The position numbers and the translations under genes were made by a program. From a virus (lineage: Duplodnaviria > Caudoviricetes), in the IMG/VR virus record IMGVR_UViG_3300043395_004688: DNA of 64,000 bases. One strand, 5' to 3'. Of the stretch, positions 1 through 9,799 are shown piece by piece (position 1 is the stretch's first letter; every line of letters starts with the position of its first letter). The notes below the pieces were generated by a model. It had not been told where the DNA came from. It did not search any database and saw nothing but the letters and a program-made list of their open reading frames with translations.

Positions 1-1
1 C

Positions 2-3000
2 ATCAACTATAACAGCTCAACAGGTGTAATCAGCACCGACGCCGCAGTTCATAGTGTAAATGGTGCAACTGGCGTTGTAGTTCTTGATACAGATGATATC
101 ACCGAAGGTACTACAAATCTTTATCATACTGCTGCTCGTGCAAGAAGTTCTATCAGCTTAACTACCAGCGATAACACAGTATTAGCATATAACTCGGGCA
201 CTGGTGTGTTAACATTCACAAAGCCAGACACTGATGGTATCAGCGAAGGTTCAACAAATCTGTACTTTACAGATGCTCGCGCTCGTAGTGCTGTTTCAGT
301 GACTGGTGACCTAACATACAATTCTACAACTGGTGTGATTGGATTTGCTTTATCAAATCACGACACAGATGATTTGTCTGAAGGTTCAACAAATCTGTAC
401 TATACTGACAGTCGTGCCCGTAATGCTGTAAGCTTAACCACAGACGATGCCAATATCCTTGCTTATGATAACAGCACTGGTGTGTTTACTTTTGCAACTC
501 CAGATACAGATACCATTGGCGAAGGCTCAGTTAACCTTTACTACACAGACACTCGTGCTCGTAATGCAGTAAGTGCAACTGATGCTGGTGGCGATGGCTC
601 ATTTAGCTACGACAGCACAACAGGTGCATTCACATACACTGGTCCAAGTGCTAGTGAGGCTCGCGCTCATTTTTCAGCAAGTGATGCAGGTGGTGATGGC
701 TCATTCTCATATGATTCAGCCACAGGTACTTTCACATACACTGGTCCAAGTGCCAGCGAGGCTCGTGCTCACTTTTCAGCAAGTGATGCAGGTGGTGATG
801 GTTCATTCAGCTACGATAGTGCAACTGGTGTATTCACATACACTGGTCCAAATGCCAGTGAAGCTCGCGCTCACTTCTCAGCCAGCGATGCAGGCGGTGA
901 TGGCTCATTCAGCTACGACAGCGCAACTGGTGTATTCACATACACAGGTCCAAGTGCCAGCGAGGCTCGTGCTCACTTCAGTGCCGGTACAACTGGTACC
1001 GGTCACGGCGGCCTAAGCTATGACAACACAACTGGTGCATTTACTTTTGCTAAAGTAACAGCCGCAAATATTCGCGGTGAACTATCTGCAGGCAACGGTA
1101 TCAGTTATGACTCTGCAACTGGTGTAATTTCAGCCAATGCTTCGGCGTTAGATACAGATGATATTGCAGAAGGTTCATCAAATCTATACTTTACCGATGC
1201 TCGTGCTCGTGCAGCACTATCAGCTGGAACAGGTGTTAGCTACGACAATAGTACTGGCGTAATCAGTATTGGTCAATCTGTTGGCACAGCTGACAATGTT
1301 ACATTTGCTGATGTAACAGTTAGCGGTGATTTAACAGTTAATGGTACAGTAACAACTGTAAATTCAACAACAGTTGACATTGCTGATAAAAATCTAACCT
1401 TGGCAGTGGGTTCTGCAAATGCAGCCGCAGCCAATGGTGCTGGTATTACCGTTGCTGGCGCTAGCGCAACAATCACTTATGCTAGTGGCACAGACAGCTG
1501 GGATCTCAACAAGGATGTAAATGTTACAGGCGATGTAACAGCAACTACATTCAACGGAGACTTGGTAGGTGATGTAACTGGTACAGTAAGCGATATCAGC
1601 AACCATGACACAGATGATTTGTCTGAAGGTACAACAAACTTGTACTTCACAGACAGCCGTGCAAGAAATGCAGTAAGCGCCAATTTTGTCAGCGGTGATG
1701 GCAACTTCACTTATGACAGCGCAACCGGCGTGTTCAGTATGACAGGTCCAAGTGCAAGTGAAACTCGTGCTCACTTCTCAGCAAGTACTACAAGCGGTGA
1801 TGGTACACTGAGCTATGATAGTGCAACTGGTGCGTTCTCATTTGCTGGTCCTACAAACACTGAATATCGTGGAGCAGTGAGTGCCAATTTTGTAAGTGGC
1901 GATGGCAACTTTACATATGACAGCGCAACTGGCGTGTTCAGCATGACGGGTCCAAGTGCAAGTGAAACTCGTGCTCATTTTTCAGCAAGCACTACAAGCG
2001 GTGATGGTACACTGAGCTATGATAGTGCAACTGGTGCGTTCTCATTTGCTGGTCCAACTGACAGCGACTACCGAGGAGCAGTAAGTGCCTCGCACTCAAA
2101 TGCTGGAAATGCATATTCATTAGGTGACGACTTTACCTACGATAGTGCAACTGGTGTGTTCACTTATCAAAGTCCATTGATCAGTGAAATTCGCACAGTG
2201 GTTTCTGCAACAGATGCAGGTGGTGATGGATCATTTAGCTATGATAATCAGACCGGTGTATTCACATACACAGGTCCAAGTGCTAGCGATGCTCGTGCTC
2301 ACTTTTCAGCCACAGGCGACCTGACATACAACTCAGGTACAGGTGTGTTTGACTTTGCTTTGTCAAATCATGACACCGATGACCTAGCCGAAGGCGGAAG
2401 CAATTTGTACTTTACAAATGCTCGAGCTGCTGGTGCAGTAAGTTTAACCACAGATGACAACACAGTATTGGCCTATGATAGTACCACTGGTGTGTTCACA
2501 TTTAATCTTGGCAATGTAGACACTGACAAGGTTGCTGAAGGTTCAACAAATCTTTACCATACAGTGGCTCGTGCTAGAGGTGCGCTAAGTGCTGGTTCAA
2601 ACATCAACTACAATAGTTCGACTGGTGTTATCAGCACTGATGCCGCAGTTCACAGCGTCAACGGTGCAACCGGTGTAGTTACTTTAGATACAGATGATAT
2701 CAGTGAAGGTACTACAAACCTATACTTTACCGATGCTCGTGCAAGAAGTGCTATCAGCTTAACATCCGATGATGCTTCTATTCTTGCGTACAACGGTGGT
2801 ACTGGTGTACTTACATTTGTAACACCTGATACAGATGCAATCGACGAAGGTGCAACTAATCTGTACTACACAGATGGTCGTGCTGATGGTAGAATTGCTT
2901 TAGCAAGTATCAGAGACCTAGCCGATGTGGATGCAGATGATGCGCTACAGGACGGTTATACTCTAGTTTGGAGTGTGGCTCGTAACGAATTTGTTCCACA

Positions 3001-3295
3001 AAACGTTGCTGTTACAGCTACAACATTGAACTTTACTGGTGACGGTACAGAAACTAGCTTCAGCACAGGTGTTGAAGTATCAAGCATTGACAATACTCAA
3101 GTATTCGTTAACGGTTTGATTCAGGCACCAACATACTCTTACACATTGAGTACAGTTTCAAATGTAACAAGTATTGTGTTTGATACAGCACCAGAACTCA
3201 ACGATTACATTTTCGTTCGTGTAACATCAACAAGCAGCCTAACTGCTGGTGGTATTCTCAACGAAAGCAGTACCGTTGATGGTGGTTCATTCTAA
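2..3295 (+). CDS. Repetitive tail fibre / virion structural protein (5'-truncated)
   Basis: The frame is open from position 2 (INYNSSTGVISTDAAVHSVNG, which recurs near 2600), so the track start at 206 is internal. It has many TDD(L/I)xEGxxNLY(F/Y)TxARAR repeats typical of T4-like phage fibres. Confidence 0.85.
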   Translation: MNYNSSTGVISTDAAVHSVNGATGVVVLDTDDITEGTTNLYHTAARARSSISLTTSDNTVLAYNSGTGVLTFTKPDTDGISEGSTNLYFTDARARSAVSVTGDLTYNSTTGVIGFALSNHDTDDLSEGSTNLYYTDSRARNAVSLTTDDANILAYDNSTGVFTFATPDTDTIGEGSVNLYYTDTRARNAVSATDAGGDGSFSYDSTTGAFTYTGPSASEARAHFSASDAGGDGSFSYDSATGTFTYTGPSASEARAHFSASDAGGDGSFSYDSATGVFTYTGPNASEARAHFSASDAGGDGSFSYDSATGVFTYTGPSASEARAHFSAGTTGTGHGGLSYDNTTGAFTFAKVTAANIRGELSAGNGISYDSATGVISANASALDTDDIAEGSSNLYFTDARARAALSAGTGVSYDNSTGVISIGQSVGTADNVTFADVTVSGDLTVNGTVTTVNSTTVDIADKNLTLAVGSANAAAANGAGITVAGASATITYASGTDSWDLNKDVNVTGDVTATTFNGDLVGDVTGTVSDISNHDTDDLSEGTTNLYFTDSRARNAVSANFVSGDGNFTYDSATGVFSMTGPSASETRAHFSASTTSGDGTLSYDSATGAFSFAGPTNTEYRGAVSANFVSGDGNFTYDSATGVFSMTGPSASETRAHFSASTTSGDGTLSYDSATGAFSFAGPTDSDYRGAVSASHSNAGNAYSLGDDFTYDSATGVFTYQSPLISEIRTVVSATDAGGDGSFSYDNQTGVFTYTGPSASDARAHFSATGDLTYNSGTGVFDFALSNHDTDDLAEGGSNLYFTNARAAGAVSLTTDDNTVLAYDSTTGVFTFNLGNVDTDKVAEGSTNLYHTVARARGALSAGSNINYNSSTGVISTDAAVHSVNGATGVVTLDTDDISEGTTNLYFTDARARSAISLTSDDASILAYNGGTGVLTFVTPDTDAIDEGATNLYYTDGRADGRIALASIRDLADVDADDALQDGYTLVWSVARNEFVPQNVAVTATTLNFTGDGTETSFSTGVEVSSIDNTQVFVNGLIQAPTYSYTLSTVSNVTSIVFDTAPELNDYIFVRVTSTSSLTAGGILNESSTVDGGSF
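581..988 (+). repeat. Four tandem 102-bp (34-aa) repeats, DAGGDGSFSYDSxTGxFTYTGPxASEARAHFSAS
   Basis: GAT GCx GGx GGx GAT GGx units start at 581, 683, 785 and 887. Confidence 0.95.
1670..2077 (+). repeat. Two tandem 204-bp (68-aa) repeats within the fibre gene
   Basis: AVSANFVSGDGNFTYDSATG... starts at 1670 and 1874. The copies are near-identical at DNA level, and the unit is 2 x 34 aa. Confidence 0.9.
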
Positions 3296-3335
3296 GATGT
3301 TAAGTTAAATTAACAGTTTAGAACTATAGTGAACA

Positions 3336-3366
3336 GAAAGGGTGTAGCCTAGCTACACCCTTTTTC
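3336..3366 (+). terminator. Rho-independent terminator
   Basis: gggtgtagc-cta-gctacaccc followed by a T tract. Confidence 0.85.
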
Positions 3367-3408
3367 ACTAAATAGCTTACTGCTAAGAAGCAATAGGATT
3401 CTTTCTAA

Positions 3409-3909
3409 ATGCCAATTTTCCGCGGAAAAAATATAGTCAGTGCGGTCACCGACTATAAAGATAGTGTGAGATGCGCGACTCGCACAAATGTAAGCTTATC
3501 AAGTACAATTACAACAATTGACGGCGTAACGCTGGCCAATTTAGACCGAGTTCTTCTTGCTGGTCAAACACTTTCAAGCCAAAATGGCATTTATTCTTGG
3601 TCTTCTGGGTCGTCAACACTTTCTAGGGCACACGATGCTGATTCTGCATTCGAGCTAACTCCAGGAACACGGGTTTATGTTGAAGAAGGAGATACTTATG
3701 CTAGGACAAATTGGACTTTAATAACGCAGGGCGTTATTACTCCGGGGGTTACTAGCATTGTTTTTGCTAAAGAAAGCCATATTGGAACAGCAAATCTCAG
3801 CGGTACATACGGTGCCAGCGACAAAACCTTGCAGATTGTGCTGGATGAAACCGGTCAAATAACTAACATCACCGAAATTGACATCAGCGTTGATGGCGGC
3901 AGTTATTAA
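3409..3909 (+). CDS. Short tail-fibre-related structural protein
   Basis: SVRxAT...IDGVTL...RVLLAGQT...QNGIY module seen in phage fibre proteins. A TAAATA box lies at 3369. Confidence 0.65.
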   Translation: MPIFRGKNIVSAVTDYKDSVRCATRTNVSLSSTITTIDGVTLANLDRVLLAGQTLSSQNGIYSWSSGSSTLSRAHDADSAFELTPGTRVYVEEGDTYARTNWTLITQGVITPGVTSIVFAKESHIGTANLSGTYGASDKTLQIVLDETGQITNITEIDISVDGGSY

Positions 3910-4012
3910 ATTATTCCCCATAAAATAATTTTTTTCCTTGGGTCAACTAAATAAGAGTTGAAAGAAGAATCTCAATGACTCTTTTTGACCTAATTAGGGA
4001 GTACATACTCAA

Positions 4013-7000
4013 ATGGCCAATACGATTATTTTAAAGCGTAGTGCTACGCCTGGCAAAGTTCCAACAACTGCCCAGCTAGCACTAGGCGAAATTGCTATCA
4101 ACACATACGATGGTTTGATCTACATCAAGAAAGACAACGGCACACCTAGCGTTGTTCAAATCGGTGGTGTAACCAGTGTTAATGGCGAAACTGGTGCAGT
4201 AACAATTACATCAGACGATGTAAGCGACAGCGGTCAAACAAACAAATGGGCCAGCGCCAGCGTTGTTAGAGGACATCTAAGCGCAGGTACAGGTATCAGC
4301 TACAACAGCGGTACTGGTGTAATCAGCACAGCACAAAACCTAAGCACAGCAGGTAGCCCAACATTTGCTGGCATGACCTTAACTGGCGGTATCAGCAGTA
4401 TTGCTGGTAGCATTATTCCAAGTACAGATGTTACATATGACTTGGGTAGTCCAACCAAGCAGTGGAAAGATATCTATGTTGGTCCAGGTTCTTTGTATGT
4501 TAATGGACAGAAAGTTCTTCAAGACGATTCTGGTACAATTACATTCACTGCTGACACAGACGAAAATATTCGTATCAAGACACTTGGTACAGGTGTTTTA
4601 CAACTAGGTTCAAGCACAACAACATTACAAGTTGACAGCACATTACAGATGACTAGCGGTAAGCGTATTACTGATAGTGCAGGCGTTGCTGTTCAATTTG
4701 GCGATTCCATTAACATGAACGGTGACAAGATTATTAGTCTTGGAGCACCTAGTGCAAGTACTGATGCAGCCACAAAAGGTTATGTTGATACAACAGTTGC
4801 CGCAATCAGCACAAGCAGTATTTCACAAGGTAACTCAAACGTTACAGTAACAGATACAGGTACTGGTACAGTAACAGTCAGCGTTGACGGTAGCACAGCT
4901 CTTACAGTTGATGCCAATGGTGTAACAGTTGCTGGCAACTTTACAGTTAGCGGAACACAAACAGTTGTTAACTCAAACACAATCAACTTAGCTGACAACA
5001 TCATCACCCTAAACAGTGACCATACCGGTGCTCCAAGTCAGAACGCTGGTATTTTAATTGAGCGTGGTGATGAAGCTGATACACAGCTTCGTTGGAACGA
5101 AGGCAGTGATATATGGCAGTTCACAAACGATGGTGCAACATACTATCCAATGGCAACAAGCACAGATGTGTTGGCAGAAGGTTCAACAAATCTTTACCAT
5201 ACAACAGCTCGTGCTAGAGGTGCGTTAAGTGCTACCACAGCGTCAGGTGTAAGCTATAACAGCACAACTGGCGTAATCAGTCTTGGCAGTATTCCAAATA
5301 GCAGCTTGTCAAATAACAGCATTACAATCAATGGTACATCAACTGCACTAGGTGGAACTCGTACACTAGGTACAGATGATGTTGCTGAAGGTAGTACAAA
5401 TTTATATTTCTCAAATGCTCGTGCTCGTGGTGCAGTTAGCTTTACAGCTGGTAGCGGTGCCTACAACAGTACAACTGGTGTATTCACAATCCCAACTAAC
5501 ACTAACCAACTAACAAACGGTGCAAGCTTTATTACTCTAAGCAGCCTAAGTGCTGGTACAGGTATCAGCTACAATAGCAGTACCGGTGCTATCAGCACAA
5601 GTGCTATTCCAAATGCTAGCTTGTCAAACAGCTCAATCACAGTTAACAGCGCCAGCACCAGCCTAGGTGGCAGCGTAACATTGTTTGCAGGTACAACTAC
5701 TCTGCAAACAAGTAGCGCCAACCAAGCACTAACTGGTATTAGCTCTGTAACATTGCCTGGTTCAACAAGTGGTAGCGTTCAGGTAATTCCAGCCGCAGCC
5801 GCTGGTACAGGTACAGTATTAACACTTCCAGCTACAACTGGTACTGTGGTTACAACTGGCGATAGCGGTACTGTTACAAATACCATGTTGGCAGGCAGCA
5901 TTGCCAATGCTAAGTTGGCAAACAGTTCTGTTACAGTTGGTACAACAGCTATTGCACTAGGCGCAAGCTCAACTACACTGGCTGGATTAACAAGTGTTAC
6001 TTCAACAGGCTTTACTGGTGCATTGACTGGTAACGCAAGCACAGCCAGTGCATGGGCAAATGCTCGTACAATTACCTTAGGTGGCGATCTAAGTGGTAGC
6101 GTAAGCATTGATGGTAGTGCTAACGTAACATTGACAGCCACAGTAGCCGCTAACAGCGTTGCACTTGGTACAGACACAACTGGTAATTACATGGTTGATT
6201 TAACAGCCGGTACTGGTATTAGTATTACACATACACCAGGCGAAGGTAGTACAGCTACAATTACCAACAGCGGTGTTACAAGTGTTAACGGCTCAACTGG
6301 TGCAATTACCAGCGTAGCAAAAACAACCGACACACTTTATGTTGGTACTACAGCAGTTGGTCTTGCTCGCGCAAGTGCTAACCAAGCATTAACTGGTATT
6401 AGTAGCGTTGCAATGCCTGGTTCAACAAGTGGTACATTAACACTACAACCAGCAGCCGCAGCCGGAACCACAACAATTACTCTACCAGCTACAACTGGTA
6501 CAGTTATTACTTCTGGTGACACTGGTACAGTTACTAACACTATGCTTGCTGGTAGTATTGCCAATGCCAAGTTGGCAAACTCAAGTGTTACAGTTGGTAC
6601 AACAGCAATCAGTTTAGGTTCTAGTTCTACAACACTAGCCGGTTTAGCAAGCACAACATTCAGTGGTAGTACTAGTGGTACAATTCAATTAATTCCAGCC
6701 GCAGTAGCAGGTACAGGCACAGTATTAACAATGCCAGCAACAACTGGTACAGTAGTTACAACAGGCGACACTGGTACAGTCACTAACACAATGTTAGCAG
6801 GTAGTATTGCTAACGCAAAACTAGCAAACAGCGCAATTACAATCAATGGTACATCCACAGCGTTGGGTGGTAGCATTAGCGTTGGTACAGTAACAAGCGT
6901 TGCTGCTGGCAGCTACTTGACTGGTGGTACAATTACTGGTACAGGTACACTAGCAGTTGATGCTACAAACTTGAACACAGCAAGCAAAGTTGTTGCTCGT

Positions 7001-7480
7001 GATGCAAGTGGCAACTTTAGTGCTGGTACAATTACAGCTACATTGTCAGGTACAGCAACAGGCCTAGCTGGTACACCAAACATCACAGTTGGTACAATTA
7101 CATCTGGTGCTATTGCAGCAACTGGTAGTATCACAGCAACTGGTGAAATTACAGCTTACTTCTCCGACGAAAGATTGAAGACAGACATCAATCCTATCGA
7201 AGGTGCTCTTGACAAAGTTATGGCAATTGGTGGTTACACCTATAAGGCCAATGACCTAGCTCATGAGTTGGGAGTCGAGCGTTATGACAACCAAATTGGT
7301 TTACTTGCTCAAGAAGTTGAAGCAGTAATGCCAGAATTGGTAACCGAGTCAGGATTGGCTGGTTATAAGACCATTCGTTACGACAAGGTAGTATCAGTGC
7401 TAGTTCAAGCGATCAAAGAACAACAAGCAATGATCGAAGAACTTCGCCAAGAGGTGAAGAGCAGCAGAACTTTACACTAA
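4013..7480 (+). CDS. Long tail fibre with C-terminal intramolecular chaperone (peptidase S74)
   Basis: N-terminal ANTIILKRS...GEIAINT fibre motif, S/T/G-rich repeats, and C-terminal SDERLKTDI...IGLLAQEV...YDKVVSVLVQAIKEQQ. SD AGGGAG upstream. Confidence 0.9.
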   Translation: MANTIILKRSATPGKVPTTAQLALGEIAINTYDGLIYIKKDNGTPSVVQIGGVTSVNGETGAVTITSDDVSDSGQTNKWASASVVRGHLSAGTGISYNSGTGVISTAQNLSTAGSPTFAGMTLTGGISSIAGSIIPSTDVTYDLGSPTKQWKDIYVGPGSLYVNGQKVLQDDSGTITFTADTDENIRIKTLGTGVLQLGSSTTTLQVDSTLQMTSGKRITDSAGVAVQFGDSINMNGDKIISLGAPSASTDAATKGYVDTTVAAISTSSISQGNSNVTVTDTGTGTVTVSVDGSTALTVDANGVTVAGNFTVSGTQTVVNSNTINLADNIITLNSDHTGAPSQNAGILIERGDEADTQLRWNEGSDIWQFTNDGATYYPMATSTDVLAEGSTNLYHTTARARGALSATTASGVSYNSTTGVISLGSIPNSSLSNNSITINGTSTALGGTRTLGTDDVAEGSTNLYFSNARARGAVSFTAGSGAYNSTTGVFTIPTNTNQLTNGASFITLSSLSAGTGISYNSSTGAISTSAIPNASLSNSSITVNSASTSLGGSVTLFAGTTTLQTSSANQALTGISSVTLPGSTSGSVQVIPAAAAGTGTVLTLPATTGTVVTTGDSGTVTNTMLAGSIANAKLANSSVTVGTTAIALGASSTTLAGLTSVTSTGFTGALTGNASTASAWANARTITLGGDLSGSVSIDGSANVTLTATVAANSVALGTDTTGNYMVDLTAGTGISITHTPGEGSTATITNSGVTSVNGSTGAITSVAKTTDTLYVGTTAVGLARASANQALTGISSVAMPGSTSGTLTLQPAAAAGTTTITLPATTGTVITSGDTGTVTNTMLAGSIANAKLANSSVTVGTTAISLGSSSTTLAGLASTTFSGSTSGTIQLIPAAVAGTGTVLTMPATTGTVVTTGDTGTVTNTMLAGSIANAKLANSAITINGTSTALGGSISVGTVTSVAAGSYLTGGTITGTGTLAVDATNLNTASKVVARDASGNFSAGTITATLSGTATGLAGTPNITVGTITSGAIAATGSITATGEITAYFSDERLKTDINPIEGALDKVMAIGGYTYKANDLAHELGVERYDNQIGLLAQEVEAVMPELVTESGLAGYKTIRYDKVVSVLVQAIKEQQAMIEELRQEVKSSRTLH

Positions 7481-7508
7481 GATCTGGACACTAAAAGGAG
7501 ACTAAATT

Positions 7509-7703
7509 ATGGCAATCCTTCCAGCAACCGGATCAGCAAAAAGCTTTGGCCGAGTTAAAAAAGCCTACAGCAATATTGCTGCTGGCGCAGGACAAAATAT
7601 TGCTCTGCGTGGTACACTTGGTGCTTATCTTGGAGTCACTACAGGTTCTGTTAGTTTAAGCTCATTATTTGGTGGTCGTACTACACCATATAACGATGTT
7701 TAA
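7509..7703 (+). CDS. Small Gly/Ala-rich fibre-associated protein
   Basis: SD AAGGAG; lies directly after the S74 fibre and before a terminator. Confidence 0.7.
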   Translation: MAILPATGSAKSFGRVKKAYSNIAAGAGQNIALRGTLGAYLGVTTGSVSLSSLFGGRTTPYNDV

Positions 7704-7718
7704 TTAAAGTGCAAATTG

Positions 7719-7747
7719 GAAAAGGGGGCAATGCCCCCTTTTCTTTT
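7719..7747 (+). terminator. Rho-independent terminator
   Basis: gaaaagggggc-aat-gcccccttttc. Confidence 0.85.
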
Positions 7748-7802
7748 GGTTATCTCTGAAGCATTATAATTGATACATATAGGACAACAGGAGGTAATTA
7801 CG

Positions 7803-8339
7803 GTGCCACTTCAACAAAATGAAATTTTACACAATGCAAGAACGGTGCTAAAACAAGTTCCGTACCGCACAAATTTTGAACGCGAAAATTTTTTGTTTTC
7901 AAATCAATCAGGTCCTAGATTTTTAGTTGCTTTATGCAGAGACATTGAGTTTTTAAATGCAGAATATGCCAAGTCAGTTGCTGATTGGCAAAGAGATGCA
8001 ATCCTTGCAGAAATGAATATAATTGCTGCCAAAATTGCAGAAGTGCAAGAAAGTATCGGCGGAAACATTGCCAATGCTATTGAGGAAGCCGAAGCTGAAT
8101 ACTGGGTAGAAGAACTTTCTAGAAGAGCAGCAATAGAAGCATTGGTACAAAAGACCACTGCTGAAAATATGGCTCAATTGCTTAAACTTCCTGCAGAGCA
8201 TTACGAAGAAGCTATTACCAAGTGTCAGCATTTCTTAAATGTAATTGGTAAAGTTACCCGACACGCCGAAAGAAAAGCAAATCTTGCAAATGTTCCAACA
8301 TCAGCAATGACCGAACCCAACAATACTGACGCCGATTAA
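7803..8339 (+). CDS. Hypothetical helical protein (GTG start)
   Basis: AGGAGG lies just upstream of GTG 7803, with a TATAAT box further upstream. The track start at 7770 is probably too early. Confidence 0.7.
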   Translation: MPLQQNEILHNARTVLKQVPYRTNFERENFLFSNQSGPRFLVALCRDIEFLNAEYAKSVADWQRDAILAEMNIIAAKIAEVQESIGGNIANAIEEAEAEYWVEELSRRAAIEALVQKTTAENMAQLLKLPAEHYEEAITKCQHFLNVIGKVTRHAERKANLANVPTSAMTEPNNTDAD

Positions 8340-9004
8340 TGTTTGGAAAATCTTCTAAGAATTTATTTGACATTTACAATGCTCCTTTAAAGTTAAGTGA
8401 GCAGGTAGTGATATGTGTGCCAACCAATGGATTGGTACACGCTACCTTTACATATTGTTTGGTCAATGCTATTCGCTATACCGAAGCACAAGGTATACCA
8501 GTTATACTTGACATGGATGCAGGTACTGTATTAAGCAACCAACGCCAAGTATTGTTGGATACTGCTATTGATCTACATCAGGCTGATCACATCATGTGGT
8601 TTGACAGCGACATGACTTTCCCGGAAGATACTATAGTTAGACTGCTGGAACATAAAAAGGATGTAGTGTGTGCAACCTACTCTAAGAGAGTAGAACCATT
8701 TCATCCAACGGCATTTTATAACATAGATCCAGTGGAACCTGTAGATGTCACTGGTCACGGGCTTGTCCAAGTAAATTACACCGGTATGGGTTGTGTGCTA
8801 CATCGAGCATCCGTCATTGATCACATACCCAGTCCGCACTTTCCGCTAATATGGCATCCACCTACATCAACTTGGCAAGGCGAAGACATGGGCTTTTGTC
8901 AAGCTTTGACTAGCAATGGATTTGAAATTTGGTGCGACCTTGACCTCAGCCGGGTCATTGGTCATTTAGGTGTACAAGAGTTTTATGTGAATCAGGCAAG
9001 CTGA
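8339..9004 (+). CDS. Glycosyltransferase, GT-A/GT2-like
   Basis: VVICVP N-terminal strand, WFDSDM DxD motif, TGMGC, GEDMGFC and IGH C-terminal motifs. Confidence 0.85.
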   Translation: MFGKSSKNLFDIYNAPLKLSEQVVICVPTNGLVHATFTYCLVNAIRYTEAQGIPVILDMDAGTVLSNQRQVLLDTAIDLHQADHIMWFDSDMTFPEDTIVRLLEHKKDVVCATYSKRVEPFHPTAFYNIDPVEPVDVTGHGLVQVNYTGMGCVLHRASVIDHIPSPHFPLIWHPPTSTWQGEDMGFCQALTSNGFEIWCDLDLSRVIGHLGVQEFYVNQAS

Positions 9005-9377
9005 CAAAAAACGCACACCATCGGTTGATTTTTTTTAAGTTTACGCTAGCTGATATATGGTACTCAGGATAAGCTGGGTCATTAATAATTGTTCTAAACA
9101 TTGCCCCATCAAGTACAGTACTTTTTACCAATGATTTTTTTAATTCTATGTCACCAGTGATGCTATGTATCAAAGGGTGGTCCCAATGTGAATCTAAGAT
9201 CATTTTTCTTAGTTCTAGATACCATCGTTCTGTATAGCAAACTGATTCTTTATAAAGTTTGTTTAACCACGGATTATTCAGCCACGGTCTCCAGCAGTGA
9301 TAAAATTCCAGTTGCCGATGTGGCCCGTTATAGCTAATTGGTAGTTGGCGTTCGGGCTTAACTAACCTTATCATCAC
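8955..9377 (-). CDS. Hypothetical protein
   Basis: 140-aa ORF overlapping the Nudix stop codon, in the same minus-strand operon. Confidence 0.6.
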   Translation of the reverse strand: MMIRLVKPERQLPISYNGPHRQLEFYHCWRPWLNNPWLNKLYKESVCYTERWYLELRKMILDSHWDHPLIHSITGDIELKKSLVKSTVLDGAMFRTIINDPAYPEYHISASVNLKKINRWCAFFVSLPDSHKTLVHLNDQ

Positions 9378-9789
9378 ACAACAACCCTTCTAGTGCATTT
9401 TTAAAACCGCGACTACTAAACATTTTAGCTGTGTTTCGATGCAACGGTTGTGGCCAGCGCCATAAGTCAACCCAACAATACCCTGAACTTTCGTGGTCTA
9501 GTGTTGGAACAAATTCATCTTTACATAAGATTAGATAGCTTACATGTCTAAATCTATTATCTCTGCTGACAAAAGTGTAAACATGACTCATGGCCACGGT
9601 GTCCGGAACTCCAGGGTAACCAAGTTCTTCACAAAGTTCTCGTTTGAGACCATTGAGATCGCCTTCGTTAGAATTGAGTTTTCCACCCCATAGTCCCCAA
9701 GATAGTCCATATGACTCTTCAGGGCTTCTTAGTTGCATTAGTACTCGTCGAGTACTTTGACTGATAATTAATGCTCCAACTGCTCTCAT
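9358..9789 (-). CDS. Nudix hydrolase
   Basis: Nudix box GGKLNSNEGDLNGLKRELCEELG. Confidence 0.9.
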   Translation of the reverse strand: MRAVGALIISQSTRRVLMQLRSPEESYGLSWGLWGGKLNSNEGDLNGLKRELCEELGYPGVPDTVAMSHVYTFVSRDNRFRHVSYLILCKDEFVPTLDHESSGYCWVDLWRWPQPLHRNTAKMFSSRGFKNALEGLLCDDKVS

Positions 9790-9799
9790 AGTCTAATAG

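Noticed and set aside
573-7134. Many short alternative-frame and antisense ORFs in the fibre genes
   Set aside because: These are repeat- and composition-driven artefacts without initiation signals.
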